A DNA stretch of 64,000 nucleotides, from contig OZ251247.1 of assembly GCA_965240325.2 (NCBI GenBank), positions 1,054,001-1,118,000 on the forward strand, in the 5' to 3' direction. The DNA comes from Rebecca billardiae RCC1528. Taxonomy: Eukaryota > Protista > Haptophyta. Below, one piece after another: positions 1 to 12,662 of this stretch. The translations under genes and the position numbers were made by a program. The stretch's first letter is position 1. Every line of letters starts with the position of its first letter. The notes below the pieces were generated by a model. That model was given only the letters and a program-made list of their open reading frames with translations, searched no databases and was not told the DNA's origin.

Positions 1-132
1 CCGCCGCCGCCGCCGAGCGCGGCCGAGCGCGCGTGCTGCTGCTGCTGCGCCGCCCACGCGCCGCCACCGCCGCCGCCACCGCCGCCGCAGAGGTGGTGCG
101 CGCCCGGCTGCAAGCTCGCGGCGACCCACGCG

Positions 133-171
<39 letters not shown>

Positions 172-383
172 AGCGCGGCGCGCGGCGGCGGCGGCGGCAT
201 CAGCCGCTGCTGCTGCTGCTGCTGCTCGGCGGCGGCGGCGGCGGCTGCGTCAAGCTGTGCCTGCTGCTGCTGCTGCATCAGCTGCTGCTGCTGCTGCATC
301 AGCTGCGCCTGCGCCTGCGCCTGCGCGTCGGCCGGCGGCGCGGGCGGCACGCCGCCGCCGCCGCCGCCGCCGGGAGCGACGGC

Positions 384-419
<36 letters not shown>

Positions 420-2976
420 GGTCGCCGCCTCGTGCTCGCGCCGCTGCCGCTCCGCCTGCTGCCGCGCCTGCGCGCGCGCGCGCGCCACGCCGGCGGCGCG
501 GTGTGTGCGCACGGGGGCGGCGCGGGCGCGGGCGCGGGGCACGAAGGGAGGGCAGGCGGTGAGCGCGAGATTGCAATCTCGCGCGCGCCGGCGCGCAGTT
601 GCACCCTCGCGCGCGGCGCGGCGCGCGCGGCGCCGCGCGCGAGATTGCAATCTCGCGCACACCTGCGCGAGCGCCGCGGGCGCCTCCGCCTCGCGCGCCG
701 CCTCGTCCGCCGCGTTGGCCGCGCCGATCTCCGCCGCCACGTCCGGCGCGTCCGCCACCGCCGCCACGTCGAACGAGTCCGGGGAAAGTCCGGACGCGTG
801 CCGGTCCCACGCGTGCGCGAGCGACTCCTCCCACTCCGCCACCCACGCGCGCGTGTTGAACAGCGGCGTGCTGAGCCGGTTGGCCCACAGCCGCGCGCGC
901 AGCTCGGCATACGACCCCAGGTCTGTCGCCCAGCGCACCGCCTTCTCCTCATACTCGCGCATCGACTCGGCCACCATCTCCGGGCAGCCGATCGCGTGGC
1001 ACAGCGACGCCGCCACGCGCGAGCTCATGTGCGCCTGCATGCACGTGAGCATCGGCACCCCGCTCCACAGACAGTCGGTGCCGGTGGTGTGGCCGTTACA
1101 CACCGGCGTGTCGAGGAACAGGTGCGCCACGCACGAGCGCGCGATGTAGTGCGCCTTCTCGGCGACGTTGGTGAAGACGACGCGCTCGCGCGGCACGCCG
1201 CGCGCCTCCGCCTCGCAGTGCACCGCCGCCTGCGCCTGCGGCGGGAAGCGCAGCAGCCACAGGTACGAATGCGGCACGCGGCGCAGCACCGCGCACCACA
1301 CGTCAAACGTCGCCGGGTCGAGCTTGTACAGCTGGTTGAAGCAGCAGAATAAAAAGCCGGTGGGCGGGAGGCCGAGCTCGAGCCGCCGGCCCGCCACGTC
1401 CGCCGCGCCCGCGAGGCCGGTGCCCGCGGTGGGCGGCGGCGGCGGCGGCTGCGGCGCGCCCGCGGCCGCGGCGGCGGCGGCGGCGGCGGTCGCGGCCGTG
1501 ATCGCCTGCGAACCCGCCGCGCCCGCGTGCGGGCCCACGCCCGCCGGTCCGGCGTGCGCCGCCGCGGCGGCCGCGGCGCGCGCCGCGGCGACAAACGGCG
1601 CCGCGGCGGGCAGCGGGCTCGGCGCGCTCGGCGGCGCCGCGCGCCCAAAGTCGTCCGGGCGCACGCACGCCTCGGGACGCAGCAGCGGCAGCGCGCGCTC
1701 ATCGTACGCCTGCCGGTGGTCGTTGACGAAATACGAGTGCGGCATCCGAATGATCTTCTCGCCGTACGCCCACTCGAGCTCGGGCGGCGTGACGACGCGG
1801 TCGCTCACCAGGTAGTCGATGTACGCGGCGCCCATCGTCGCGGGGAATCCCATGTACAGCAGCTGCACGCGCGCGGGGCGGAGCGCGAAGATCTCGTTGC
1901 GCGCGCCCTTTGTGTAGCTGCGCGCGCGGGGCGGTGTGTGTGTGTGTGTGTGTGTGTGTAGGGGTGTAGTAGGTAGGGGTAGGGGTAGGGTTGGGGTGGT
2001 GAGGGCTGCTGCTGGGCGGGCCAGAGGCGGGCGGGTGCGCGCACACGTGCACACGCACACACGCACACACACACACACGCACACACACGCGCGCACACAC
2101 ACGCACACACACACACACACGCACACACGCGCGCACGCACCCGTTCAGGTTGACGAGCACGTGCACGCCGTCCGCGCGGATGCGCTGCGCGACCGCGAGG
2201 GCGGAGAGCTGCGTCACGTCCACAAAGTGCTCCGCCTCCGCCATCACCTGCGGCGTGGGTGGGCGCGTGGGGGCGTGCGTCGGGTGCGTGTGTGCGTGTG
2301 TGCGTGTGCGCGTGTGTGTGTGCGTGTGTGTGTGCGTGTGTGTGTGTGTGTGCGTGTGCGTGTGCGTGTGTGCGTGTGCGTGTGCGTGTGTGTGTGCGTG
2401 TGTGTGTGCGTGTGTGTGTGCGTGTGTGCCGGCTGCCAGCGGGCGGCGCGGCGCGGAGGGGTGGGCGACTGCCCCCCCAACCGCCGCCCCACACACCCCA
2501 CAGCGGCCGCACGCACGCGCGCACACACACACGCACGCACAGCGGCCGCACGCACGCACACACGCGCACAAGAGGCGCCGGCGCACCTTTGCGCGGTGGT
2601 GGCTGCCGTCGTCCGCCGAGAGCGCGTAGCAGAACACCTCGACGCGGCCGCGGTCGTGGAAGCCAAACACCGACGCCATCAGGTGCGCGAGCGGGTGGTT
2701 TGTAAAGTCGGACGAGACGTAACCGACGCGTAACCGCCGCGCCGAGACGACGGCGCCGTCGGCCGGCCGGCGGAGCAGGCCGTCGGCGCCGACGCTCGCG
2801 TCGGGCGGCACGCGCCGGCCGAGGCCGCGCTCGCTCGGGCCGATCGGCGGCGGCGGCTGGCTCGGCGTGAGCCCCTGCGGCGCCATCGCCGCCGCCCACG
2901 CCGCCGCCTTGGCCGCGTACATCTGCGAGAGCGCGCGCACCTGCGGAGGGGTGGGGGCGAGGGCGGGGTTGTGTGC

Positions 2977-3024
<48 letters not shown>

Positions 3025-6000
3025 GCGTGCGTGTGTGTCCACCGCGCTTGAGCCGCCGCCCACGCCGCGCCGGCCTTCGGCGCGGCCGCCCCCCGCAGCA
3101 AGAACAAGCCGTTACGCGCCTTTTGTAACGGCAGCGGGTAGACGAACGCGTGGAAGGGCTGCACGGCGGGGCACTCGCCCTGCGCCAGCTGCACGTCCAC
3201 CAGCCGCTCGAGCTCGGCGAACTGCGCGTCGCGCAGCGTCCAGATTGCAATCTGCGCGGGCGGCCAGCCAACCAACCAATTCATTCATCATTCGAATGAA
3301 TTCGTCGGCGCGGGTGCCACAGCCGGCCGGCCGGCCACGCGGGAGAGGGGCGCGCGGGGCGGGACGCGGTGTGGTGCGGGTGGGGGTGGGGGGTGCGTGC
3401 GTGTCAGCGCAGCGCGTCGACGCCTCGGCGCGCGCGCAAGGGCCCCGCCACCGCAGCGGGCGGCGCCGCGCGGACGCAGCAGCACGCGGCGCGAGATTGC
3501 AATCTCGGCGCGTGTGCGCAGAGGGCGCGGCGCGCGCCCAAACCGCCGCGCGTGCACGAGGTCTGCACCCCTCGTGCACGCGCGCCAGTCTGCACTCGCC
3601 GAGATTGCAATCTCGGCGCGCGCGCGCAGGGGGGGGGCGCGGCGCGCACAAACTGGCGCGCGTGCACGAGGTTTGCAAACGCGTCAGGGAACCAGGGCCG
3701 CGCGGCGAGCGCCGACTCGTAGCACGCGATCGCCTCGGCGACGTGGCCCTGTGCGCGCGCGGCGGGGGGTGGCGGTGGTGGTGGGAGCCGGCGGTGACGC
3801 GGCGGTGGTTGGGCGGGGGGGGGGGGAAGGGCGATCGCGCGCGCGCACGCCGACGCGGCTGGGCGGCGCGCGCCGCCCCCCAGGCGAAGGGCAGAGTGGT
3901 CCCACCGACCCGAACCAACCCACCGAGCCGCCCCAGCCCCAGCTAGCTCAGCGTGCCGGGGGCAGTAGGCGGGCCGCGTGCGCGCGCGCACCTGCTCCCT
4001 GTACGTCGCCGCGAGGTTGGAGTAGGCCTCTGCGAACGAGGGGCGTAGCTGCACCGCCGCGCGGTAGCGCGCCACCGCCTCGTCCAGCCTGCCCAGGTCC
4101 TTGAGCGTGTTGCCTGCGCCGGTGTGTGCGTGTGTGTGTGTGTGTGAGCGTGTGTGTGTGTGTGCGTGTGTGTGTGTGCGCGTGTGTGCGTGTGAGCGTG
4201 TGCGTGTGAGCGTGTGCGTGTGTGCGTGTGCGTGTGTGTGCGCGTGTGCGTGTGTGCGTGTGTGAGGTGGGGGCGGGGCGCGCGGACGGGTGGCACGCAC
4301 GCACGCACGCGCGCGCGCGCCCGCAAGCGCCCCCTCCTCCCCACCCCAACCCTACCCCCCTACCCTACCCCTGCGCCTCGCGCGCGCACCCAGGTTGTAG
4401 TGCGCGTCCGCAAAGTACGGGTCGAGCGCAATCGCCTGCTCGTAGTGGCGCAGCGCCTGCGGGATCGCCTGCGGCCCGTCCTCCTTGAGCAGCAGCGCGA
4501 GGTTCGAGTGCGCCGCGGCGAAGCTCGGGCACACGCGCAGCGCGGCGCGGTAGCACGCCGCCGCCTCCGCGCGCAGCCCGCGGTCAAACAGCGCGTTCGC
4601 CAGGTTGTTATAGGCGTGGTGGTGGTCGGGCTTGGCGGAGAGCGCCGCCTTGTACGCGCGGATCGCGTCGTCGGACTGGCCCGCCTCCTTGAGCGCGTTG
4701 CCTGCGCGCGGGGAGGGGGGGGGGGCGTCGGGGTGAGGGCTGTGGAGGCGGGCACGCACGCGCACACACGCGCACGCACACGCTCGCCCAAACGCCATCC
4801 CCCCGACCCGAACCCCCCGCGCAGAGCACACACCCAGGCTGTTACACGCGTCCCCTCCTTCCACCCTACCCTACCCTACCCCAACCCTACCCCCGCGCGC
4901 AGAGCACACACCCAGGTTGTTGTACGCGTCCGCATACGTCGGGTCGAGCGCCAGCGCCGCTCGGTACGAAGCGATGGCGGCCGGAAGCTCCTTCGCGTCG
5001 TAGTACGCGCCGGCGAGGTTGGCGTGCGCGATGACGAAGCTCGGGTCGAGCCCGATCGCGTGCTTGTACGAGCGGATCGCCTCGGGCAGCGCGCCCACGT
5101 CCTTGAGGCAGTTGCCCTGCGCGCGGCGCGGCGCGGCGCGCGGCGCGGCGGGCGCGCGGCGGCGCGGTGGTGGGGCGCGCGAGGCGGCGCGGCGGTGGGG
5201 GGGGGGGGCAGCGCAGAGGCGGCGGTGAGCCACACGCACGCACGCGCGCGCGCGCGCACGCGCCACGCACGCGCCGCACGCGCGCGCAATCTCCCACGCA
5301 GCACGCTCGCGCGCCGCATGCGCGCGCGCGCGCGCGCCCGCCGAGATTGCAATCTCGCGCGCGCCGCGCGCGCACCAGATTGACGGCGACCTCGACCGAG
5401 TGCGGGTCGAGCGCGGCGGCGTGCTGCAGGTAGTGCACCGCCACGCCCAGCTGGCCCTGCGGTGTCGCGCCCCGGGGTGTGTGTGCGTGCCGTGCGGGCG
5501 CGGGCGCGGCGTGGCGGGGGCGGAGGTGAGCGGCGCGGCGCGGCGCGGCGCGCGCGCAAGCGCGCGCCCCCGCCCTGCGCGCGAGATTGCAATCTCGGCA
5601 CGCCCCTCCCCGCGCGCGCGCGCGAGGAAGCGCGCGAGCACGAGCGCCCCCGCGCGCGCCCGCGCGCGCAGCGCACCTCCTCGCGCGCGAGCACGCCCAG
5701 CGCCGCCCACGCGGGCGCGGACGCCGGCTCCAGCCGCACCGCCGCCTGAAAGCACAGCTGCGCGCCTGCGCTGTCGCCCATCGCGCGGCGCACCGAGCCT
5801 GGCGGTGGGGGGTAGGGTTAGGGTTAGGGGGTTAGGGGCGGGGGGCGGGGGGGGGGGTGCGGTGGGGTTTGGGTGAGGGTGGCAGGGGTGGGGCGGGGCG
5901 GGGCGGGGTGGGGCGCCAGGGCAGGGCGAGGGCGGGGGCGGTGGGGTGCGTGCGCGGCGCGCGTGCACGGCACAGGGCGGCGGCAGTGGCGGTGGCGGTG

Positions 6001-7771
6001 GCGGTGGCGGTGGGGCGCGGGTGCGCGCGGGCGGCGGGCGGGCTCCCCCGGTGCGGCGGCGGCCAGCCCGCGCACCCAGCCAGCGCACCCCGGTGGCGGT
6101 GGGGTGCGCACACGCGGACACTCCATGCGGGTAGCACACATACATACACACATACGGCGCGGGTACGAAATGCGGGTAGCACACATACATACACACATAC
6201 GGCGCGGGTACGAAATGCGGGTAGCACACATACATACACACATACGGCGCGGGTACGAAATGCGGGTAGCACACATACATACACACATACGGCGCGGGTA
6301 CGAAATGCGGGTAGCACACACACATACACACATACGGCGCGGGTACTCAATAGGTGCGCACACACGGCGCGGGCCATCAACAAGTCCGCGCACACAGCCA
6401 GCCTGAACACCCGGAGCCCGTTATAAAGGAGAGAAAAAAAAAACAGCGCGCGTACCCAGGTTGATATGCACGTCGGCCTTCTGCGGCGCGATCTGCAGCA
6501 GCCGCTGGAAGAGCGCCTCCGCCTGCGCGTACTCCGAGCGCGCCGCGTACAGCGCCGCCAGGTTGGAGTGCGCGTCCTCGAACGAAGGCTTGAGCGCAAT
6601 CGCCTGCGCGCGCGGGCGGGGGGTGCGCGTGTGAGCGCGTGTGTGCGTGCGCGCGTGCGTGTGTGCGTGTGTGTGCGTGTGTGTGTGTGTGTGCGTGTGT
6701 GCGTGTGTGCTGGCTGCCTTGGCGGCACGACACGCGCACACACGCACGCGCACACACGCACACACACACGCGCACATACACGCGCACACACACACGCACA
6801 CACGCACACATACACGCACGCACCTGCACGTAGTGGCGGTGCGCACCGCTCTCGTACACACGCACACACGCACACATACACGCGCACATACACGCGCACA
6901 CACGCACGCACACACGCACACATACACGCACGCACCTGCACGTAGTGGCGGTGCGCACCGCTCTCGTCGCCGATCGCCTTGAGCGCGTTGGCCAGGTTCG
7001 AGTGTGCCTCGGCAAAGGCGGGGTCGAGGCGGAGGGCGCGCGTGCACGCCTCGATGCACGCGCTGTGTGGGGGAGGGGGAGGGGCGCGCGGCGCGCGGCG
7101 TGCCGGCGGGCGGCGGCGGTCAGCGCGGGCAGCCAGCACGCGGCCGGCGCGCACTGCGCGCCGCGCGCGGCGCGCCCCCTCCGCGCGGCGCGGCGCGGCG
7201 TGACAGGTTGCAAGCGCGGCGCGGCGCGGCGCGGCGCGGCGCGGCGCGGTGTGCCCGCGCGCGAGCCCAGCCCTCCCCGCACGCCGCCGCCGGGCGCGCG
7301 CAGCACCCCGCGCCCCCCCCCTAGCCGCGCAGCGCGCACCGGTGGTCCGCCGCCTGATACGCCGCCGCCCCCCACAGCAACAGCGCGTCCGTGCGCGCGG
7401 GCTGGCGCACGTGCGCCTCGTGCGCGGCCACCATTGCGGCGGAGTAGGCGCCGCGGGTGTAGCACTCGTGCGCGGTCTGCATGGCGAGCTGCGCGGGGTC
7501 CGCGCCGCCGGCGGCGGCGGCGGCCATGGCCATCTGCTGCTGCGCCGCGTCGAGACTGCAATCTGGCGGCGCGCCAGATTGCAATCTCGCCGCGGCCATC
7601 GCCAGGTGCTGCCGCTGCTGCTGCGCAGCGTCGGGCGGCGCGGCGCCGGCGCTCGCGGCGGCGGCGGCGGCGGCGCTCGCCGCGGCGTACTGCTGCACCG
7701 CCGCCGCCAGATTGCAATCGCGCGGCGCCGCCACCGGCTGCAGCGCGCACGAGGCGCCAGCAAACGCCAGT

Positions 7772-7830
<59 letters not shown>

Positions 7831-8008
7831 CCACGCGGTGCCGCCGCAGTAGTAGCTGCCGTCGGGCAGCGGCGGCGCGCCCCAGCTCACGCCGAGCGCG
7901 GGCGCGCTCGTCGCGCACGCGCACGCGCCGCCGCACGCGCCGCACCCGTTGGCGAACCCGCCGCACGCGCCGCCGCACGCGCCGCCGCCGCACGCGCCGC
8001 CGCCGCAA

Positions 8009-8041
<33 letters not shown>

Positions 8042-8514
8042 AATGTCGCGCGGTCGGCTGAGGACGCCTCGTCGGCGTCAGGCGCGACGTCGGGGAGCCC
8101 GCCCGCCGTCGCGTCCGAGATCAGGTCGTCCGCGCGCGCCGCCCCGCGCGCGTGCTCCGCCGAGCGCTCGCCGCCGCCGCCGCCGCCAGCAAGGCTCGTC
8201 GCGACCGCGGGCGGCCGCACGCGCGCGCGCGCGGCGCCGTCGCCTCCCGAGCGCGTGGACTTGCCCGCGCGGTCGGGGAGGCGGGGCACGGCCTCCGACG
8301 CGTCGTAGTGCGGCATCCCGCTGCCGTACGACCCCGCCGTGCCGTCGTCCGCCAGCCGGCTGCGCGCCGCGCCCGATCGGCCAGCGCTCGGCGCGCCGCC
8401 GCCGCCGCCGCCGCCGCGCGTCGGCGGCGAGCGCGGCGGCGAGTCCGGCTCGGCGGGGCTGGGTATGCGCACGTCGTCGAGCGCGGCGCCGCCCGCCGGC
8501 AGCGCGGGCGCCAT
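1..8514 (-). CDS. OGT: O-GlcNAc transferase (SEC/OGT-like; TPR repeats + GT41 catalytic domain), multi-exon, 3' end runs off the window
   Basis: Phase-consistent exons: 8514-7340, 7062-6936, 6603-6456, 5798-5677, 5456-5376, 5116-4912, 4701-4390, 4113-3992, 3748-3650, 3251-3120, 2940-2587, 2247-2141, 1917-663, 467-<1. Many TPRs ([27 protein letters not shown]). GT41 motifs: [75 protein letters not shown]. Start ATG and last exon are less certain. Confidence 0.93.
6125..6346. repeat. 45-bp minisatellite, about 5 copies, in an OGT intron
   Basis: Unit ATGCGGGTAGCACACATACATACACACATACGGCGCGGGTACGAA at 6125, 6170, 6215, 6260, 6305, with no spacers. Confidence 0.95.
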
Positions 8515-8721
8515 GCTGCCACCGCGCGCGCGGGCCGCGCGCTCGTGAAAGGGCCGCGGGAGGGTGGTTGCCCGCTCGGTGCGGCGGCCACCCCAGTGTG
8601 TGCTTTGGGCGCTGCGCGGTGCCAGCCGGGGCGCAGGGCCACGGGTTGCGGCTGACGAAGCACGATGGTGGCCTTTTCGGCCGCCCGGACGGAGGCCTTT
8701 ATAAGTACGACGCCCCCGGAC

Positions 8722-9830
8722 CAAGGGAGTCAAGGGTGCCCGCGCCCCAGTGGCGCGCTCGGCGGATGTTGGGATACACCTTTTTGCCCGCGGCCCTGCG
8801 GCGGCGGCGGCGATGGCGTGCTCCGCTGGCGGGGCGAGCGCACGGGGCACGGCGCTGCGGGCGCGGATGTGCCCGCGAAGCCGGCGCGTGCGGACGGGCT
8901 GTTGCGGGAGAGCATCTGGCGCCCTCCTGCGCCGCGCGACTTGCGCCACGCCTCTTTCGCCTCGGCTCAGAGCAGCGCGCACGCACGCGCCGCCTCAAGG
9001 CCAGCCTTGCCGCGCCGCAGCCGACCGCGCGCGCGCCGTGCGCGGCGTGGTCGGGAAGGAACGGGCGCTGCTGCCGGGCGAGATGGCGACGTCATAGGCG
9101 CACGCCATGCCGCCCCGCCACGCCTTGACGAGAGTGTCGTCGGTCCGTTTGCACGCCTTTTCGACTTGTCACAAATGGTGTGCACTGCCTCGCGGTCGTG
9201 ACCGTTGTCGGGACGATCATTGAGACACAGAACAGTGCCAGACGGGCACGCGGGCTACTCTTACATGAATGTTCATCACCGCGTGGTCATGTAGAAGTGC
9301 TGGGTGCGACGCTTTCCTCGCGCTGATGCTCTTTCATCATCTTCTTCGAGCTCAGGTCTGGCTTCAGGCACGGCAAGAAATCAGCACTCGTCAACAGCTG
9401 TGCGGATCCGTTCTCGTGCTCTTTCGCGGCGCCGCGGGGCGGCATGGCGTGCGCCCATGACGTCGCCATCTCGCCCGGCAGCAGCGCCCGTTCCTTCCCG
9501 ACCACGCCGCGCACGGCGCGCGCGCGGTCGGCTGCGGCGCGGCAAGGCTGGCCTTGAGGCGGCGCGTGCGTGCGCGCTGCTCTGAGCCGAGGCGAAAGAG
9601 GCGTGGCGCAAGTCGCGCGTCGCAGGAGGGCGCCCGATACTCTCCCGCAACAGCCCGTCCGCACGCGCCGGCTTCGCGGGCACATCCGCGCCCGCAGCGC
9701 CGTGCCCCGTGCGCTCGCCCCGCCAGCGGAGCACGCCATCGCCGCCGCCGCCGCAGGGCCGCGGGCAAAAAGGTGTATCCCAACATCCGCCGAGCGCGCC
9801 ACTGGGGCGCGGGCACCCTTGACTCCCTTG
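8722..9830. mobile_element. Non-autonomous DNA transposon with 397-bp TIRs and a 7-bp TSD (P-superfamily-like termini)
   Basis: 8722-9118 is the near-perfect reverse complement of 9434-9830 (about 4 mismatches). Termini are CAAGGGAGTC...GACTCCCTTG. Direct repeat CCCGGAC at 8715-8721 and 9831-9837. Confidence 0.9.
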
Positions 9831-10413
9831 CCCGGACAGGCTCGTTCTCGCATCTCGACTCGCTCGGGAATGATCGCGCGGCCCTTCGCAGCGGCCCCGG
9901 CTGGGCGCGAACGGCGGGTCAGCCTCGAGCGGGGGTATCTCGCGCGGGCGCTCTTTCAGAGTCGGCAGCCTTTCAAGTTTCAGCTTCGCAGGCCGGATAT
10001 TAATCCGCAACTCCTCGGTGCGCCAATCAGGTGCGCGCGCATATTGGCTGGCGCAATCAGCGACGGTACCGCGCAAGAATATGATTAGAGCGCGCTTCAA
10101 CGGCCGTCTTCGCGGTACATCATATCTACCCGTCAGCATGGCGGCGCAGTCCGTCGGCCGAGGCACGTGCTGTCGCGTGCTCGCAGCCCCGCGTGGCCGC
10201 GAGCACGAACCCAACGTGTGCCACTGCGCCGCGCAGCACCAGCTCGAGGCAGACTTTGCAAGTGAAAGCCGCAGGGGCCGTGCCGCCGCCGTCGCTAATG
10301 TCCCTTGTCGTCGGCCGCCGCGCGCGCCTCGGACTGGCAGCTGCGGCCGGTCAGACCCGGTGGCGACGTGGCTCAGCTGGCGACGTGCGGAGCTCGGAGG
10401 GTGGCGCCGCCCA

Positions 10414-12378
10414 TCAGACGAGCGAGCGCAGCGGCTGGTCCGCCGCCGACGACTCGCCCTCGCCGTCGCTGCCGCCGTCCGCCGCGCCGCCGCCGCCGCC
10501 GCCGCAGTAGCAGCAGCAGCCGCCGCAGCCGGCGGCGTCGCCGCCGCGCTCGCGCGGCGGCGGCAGCGGCGCGCACAGCTTATGCTGGCAGTTGGCGCAG
10601 ACGCTGCCGCGGCTGAACGGGTTGTCCACGGCGTACAGCCCCTGCGCCGAGACGCACACACACACCGCGCGCGCGCGCGCGGGCGCACACACTCAGGCGC
10701 GGCGCCGCCGCCGGCGCAGCGCGCGGGGCAGCACGCCCAGCCCGCACGCGCCCGTCGCGCGCGCGCACACACGCGCGCGCCGCCTCGCACGACCACCGCA
10801 GCAGACGGCGGAGTCAGCGCACGCGGCATGCATGCAGCGCAGTGCACGCCGCAGCGAACACACGCGCAGCCGAGCGAGCAACGACACGCTTCCGCGGAAG
10901 TAACCCACAAAAATACAATAGAAAAAGCACGCAATATTCCAAAAAAGAACAATACAAAACAGGGCGCGCACCTTCATCTCCTCGTTGGTCGTGCGGTTGG
11001 CCGCGCTCAGCTGCGCGTGGTAGCACGCGAGCGGCCCCACGCAGCAGAGCACGGCGGCCGAGAGGATGAGGACTGAGGTGAGCGCGGGGAAGAGCAGCTG
11101 CGCCCAGCGCAGCGCGGCCTCGCGCTCCGCCGCCGCGCCGCCGCCGCCGTCCGCGCCGCCGCCCGACGCCCCGGCCGAGGCGTCGGCCGCGCCGCCGCCG
11201 TCGCGCGCGCCCGGCGCGCGCGACGAGCGCGCGGCCGCGCCGCCGCCGGCGCGCGGCAGCGGCATAAGCAGGTCAGCGTGCTCGCCAATGTACCGCGCCG
11301 TCCCCGCGGCGGTGAGCGCGCAGAGCAGCGCGAGCGCCGTGACGAACCCGAAGAAGTACCGGTAGTTCCGCGCGCCGACGCACTGCCCCACCCACGGGCA
11401 GTGGTGGTCGAATTCCGACACGCAGACGCCGCAGTCTGAACAGTGCGCGGCGCGCGGCGGGCGGTAGAGGCGACACGAGTAGCACCTGTGCGCGCGCGCG
11501 GAGGGCGCCAAGGGTGTGCGGGCGTGTGTGCGGGGCGCGGCGCGCGCGCGCGGTGGCGTGGGCGCGCGCCGCCGCCGCAGAGTCCGGCGCGCGGCGCGCG
11601 GCGGCGCGGCGCGCGCCCACGCCGCTCGCGCCAGCCGCGCCGCCGCGCGCGCGCGCACACAGCGGGCGGCGCGCGCCGGCGCGGCGGCCCGCGGCGCGGC
11701 GCACCACTTGATCGGCACCTCCGCGCCGCCCACGCGCACCACCCGCCGCTCCTGCGCGCACGCCGCCGCCTCGGCTTCGTCAACGCCCTCGCCGAACGGC
11801 AGCACGCCCGGGTCAGTAGTCGCCGCGAGGAGCAACATGAGTAAAGTGAGTACACACAGCGGGACGGCGAGCGCGAGCTCGAGGTAGCGGCCGTCGGGGA
11901 CGAGCGCGAGGGCCCAGAACGCGCCCGACGCGCCGCAGATCAGCACCGCCGCGAACAGCGTCACGCCCGCGTCCGGCCCAACGGTCACGCGGCCGCCGCA
12001 ACTGCCGGGGACGGAGGCGCGCCCGGCCGGTCGGACCGCGGTGCCGGCCAGCGCGCGCAGCGCGCGGGGGCAGGGCGAGGGCGTGCGTCACGCCGGGGCA
12101 CACGCGCACAGAGACGCGCGCGTAACCCCAGTGCCACGCACGCGCCCGGCGCGGCGGGCGGCACGCCGCGCGGGCGGCGCGTGCGCGCGCGCGCGCGCGC
12201 GCGCGCACAGACGGACAAAGTTGCCGTGTGCGCGCTTGCGCGCGCGGCCGCGCGCGCCGCGCCGCGCGGCGCGGCGGTCGGCGGTCGGCTCGACGGCGGG
12301 CTCGGTCGCGCGCGCGTCGGTCACGGCCCAGTCGTCCTCGCCGTCGTCCATGCCGAGCCCCGACGGGCCGCCGCCCAT
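10414..12378 (-). CDS. DHHC protein S-acyltransferase (ERF2/ZDHHC9-14-18-like), 4 exons
   Basis: Exons 12378-12209, 12001-11705, 11485-10972, 10641-10414. Motifs [75 protein letters not shown]; four hydrophobic segments. Confidence 0.93.
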
Positions 12379-12662
12379 GCGCCGACGGCCGCGTCGGCGC
12401 GGGCAGGCTGGGCTGCTTGGCCGAGCCTCCAACTTCAACGCCGCCGAGTGAGCTGGCCGCCATCGTGCGCAAGCAGCATCTTTTCATTTGGCGGCGGCGA
12501 TTTTATTTGCTGCGCGATGCGATGGCGGAGGCAACGCGACGCGAGTATTAATCAGATTGACGGGCGGCGTGCTGTAGTCATCAGCGCATTAGAAGCAGCT
12601 GCACTGCGCAGTCGAGTCACGGAAGCAGCCAGCTGCAAGCAGCAGCTGATACTTATTGATGG

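Noticed and set aside
6125-6346. Possible CRISPR array
   Set aside because: Contiguous near-identical 45-bp units without unique spacers, inside a eukaryotic intron; no cas genes.
33-9128. Many long Arg/Ala/Pro-rich or HTHT/VCVC ORFs on both strands (also at 55-64 kb and antisense to RCC1 and ALT)
   Set aside because: Shadow frames caused by extreme GC content and microsatellites; no domain signal.
11813-12487. ORF MKRCCLRTMAASS... as the DHHC N-terminus
   Set aside because: Wrong frame; the conserved GNFVRLCGGR..GPD motif is built from the 12378 frame by splicing.
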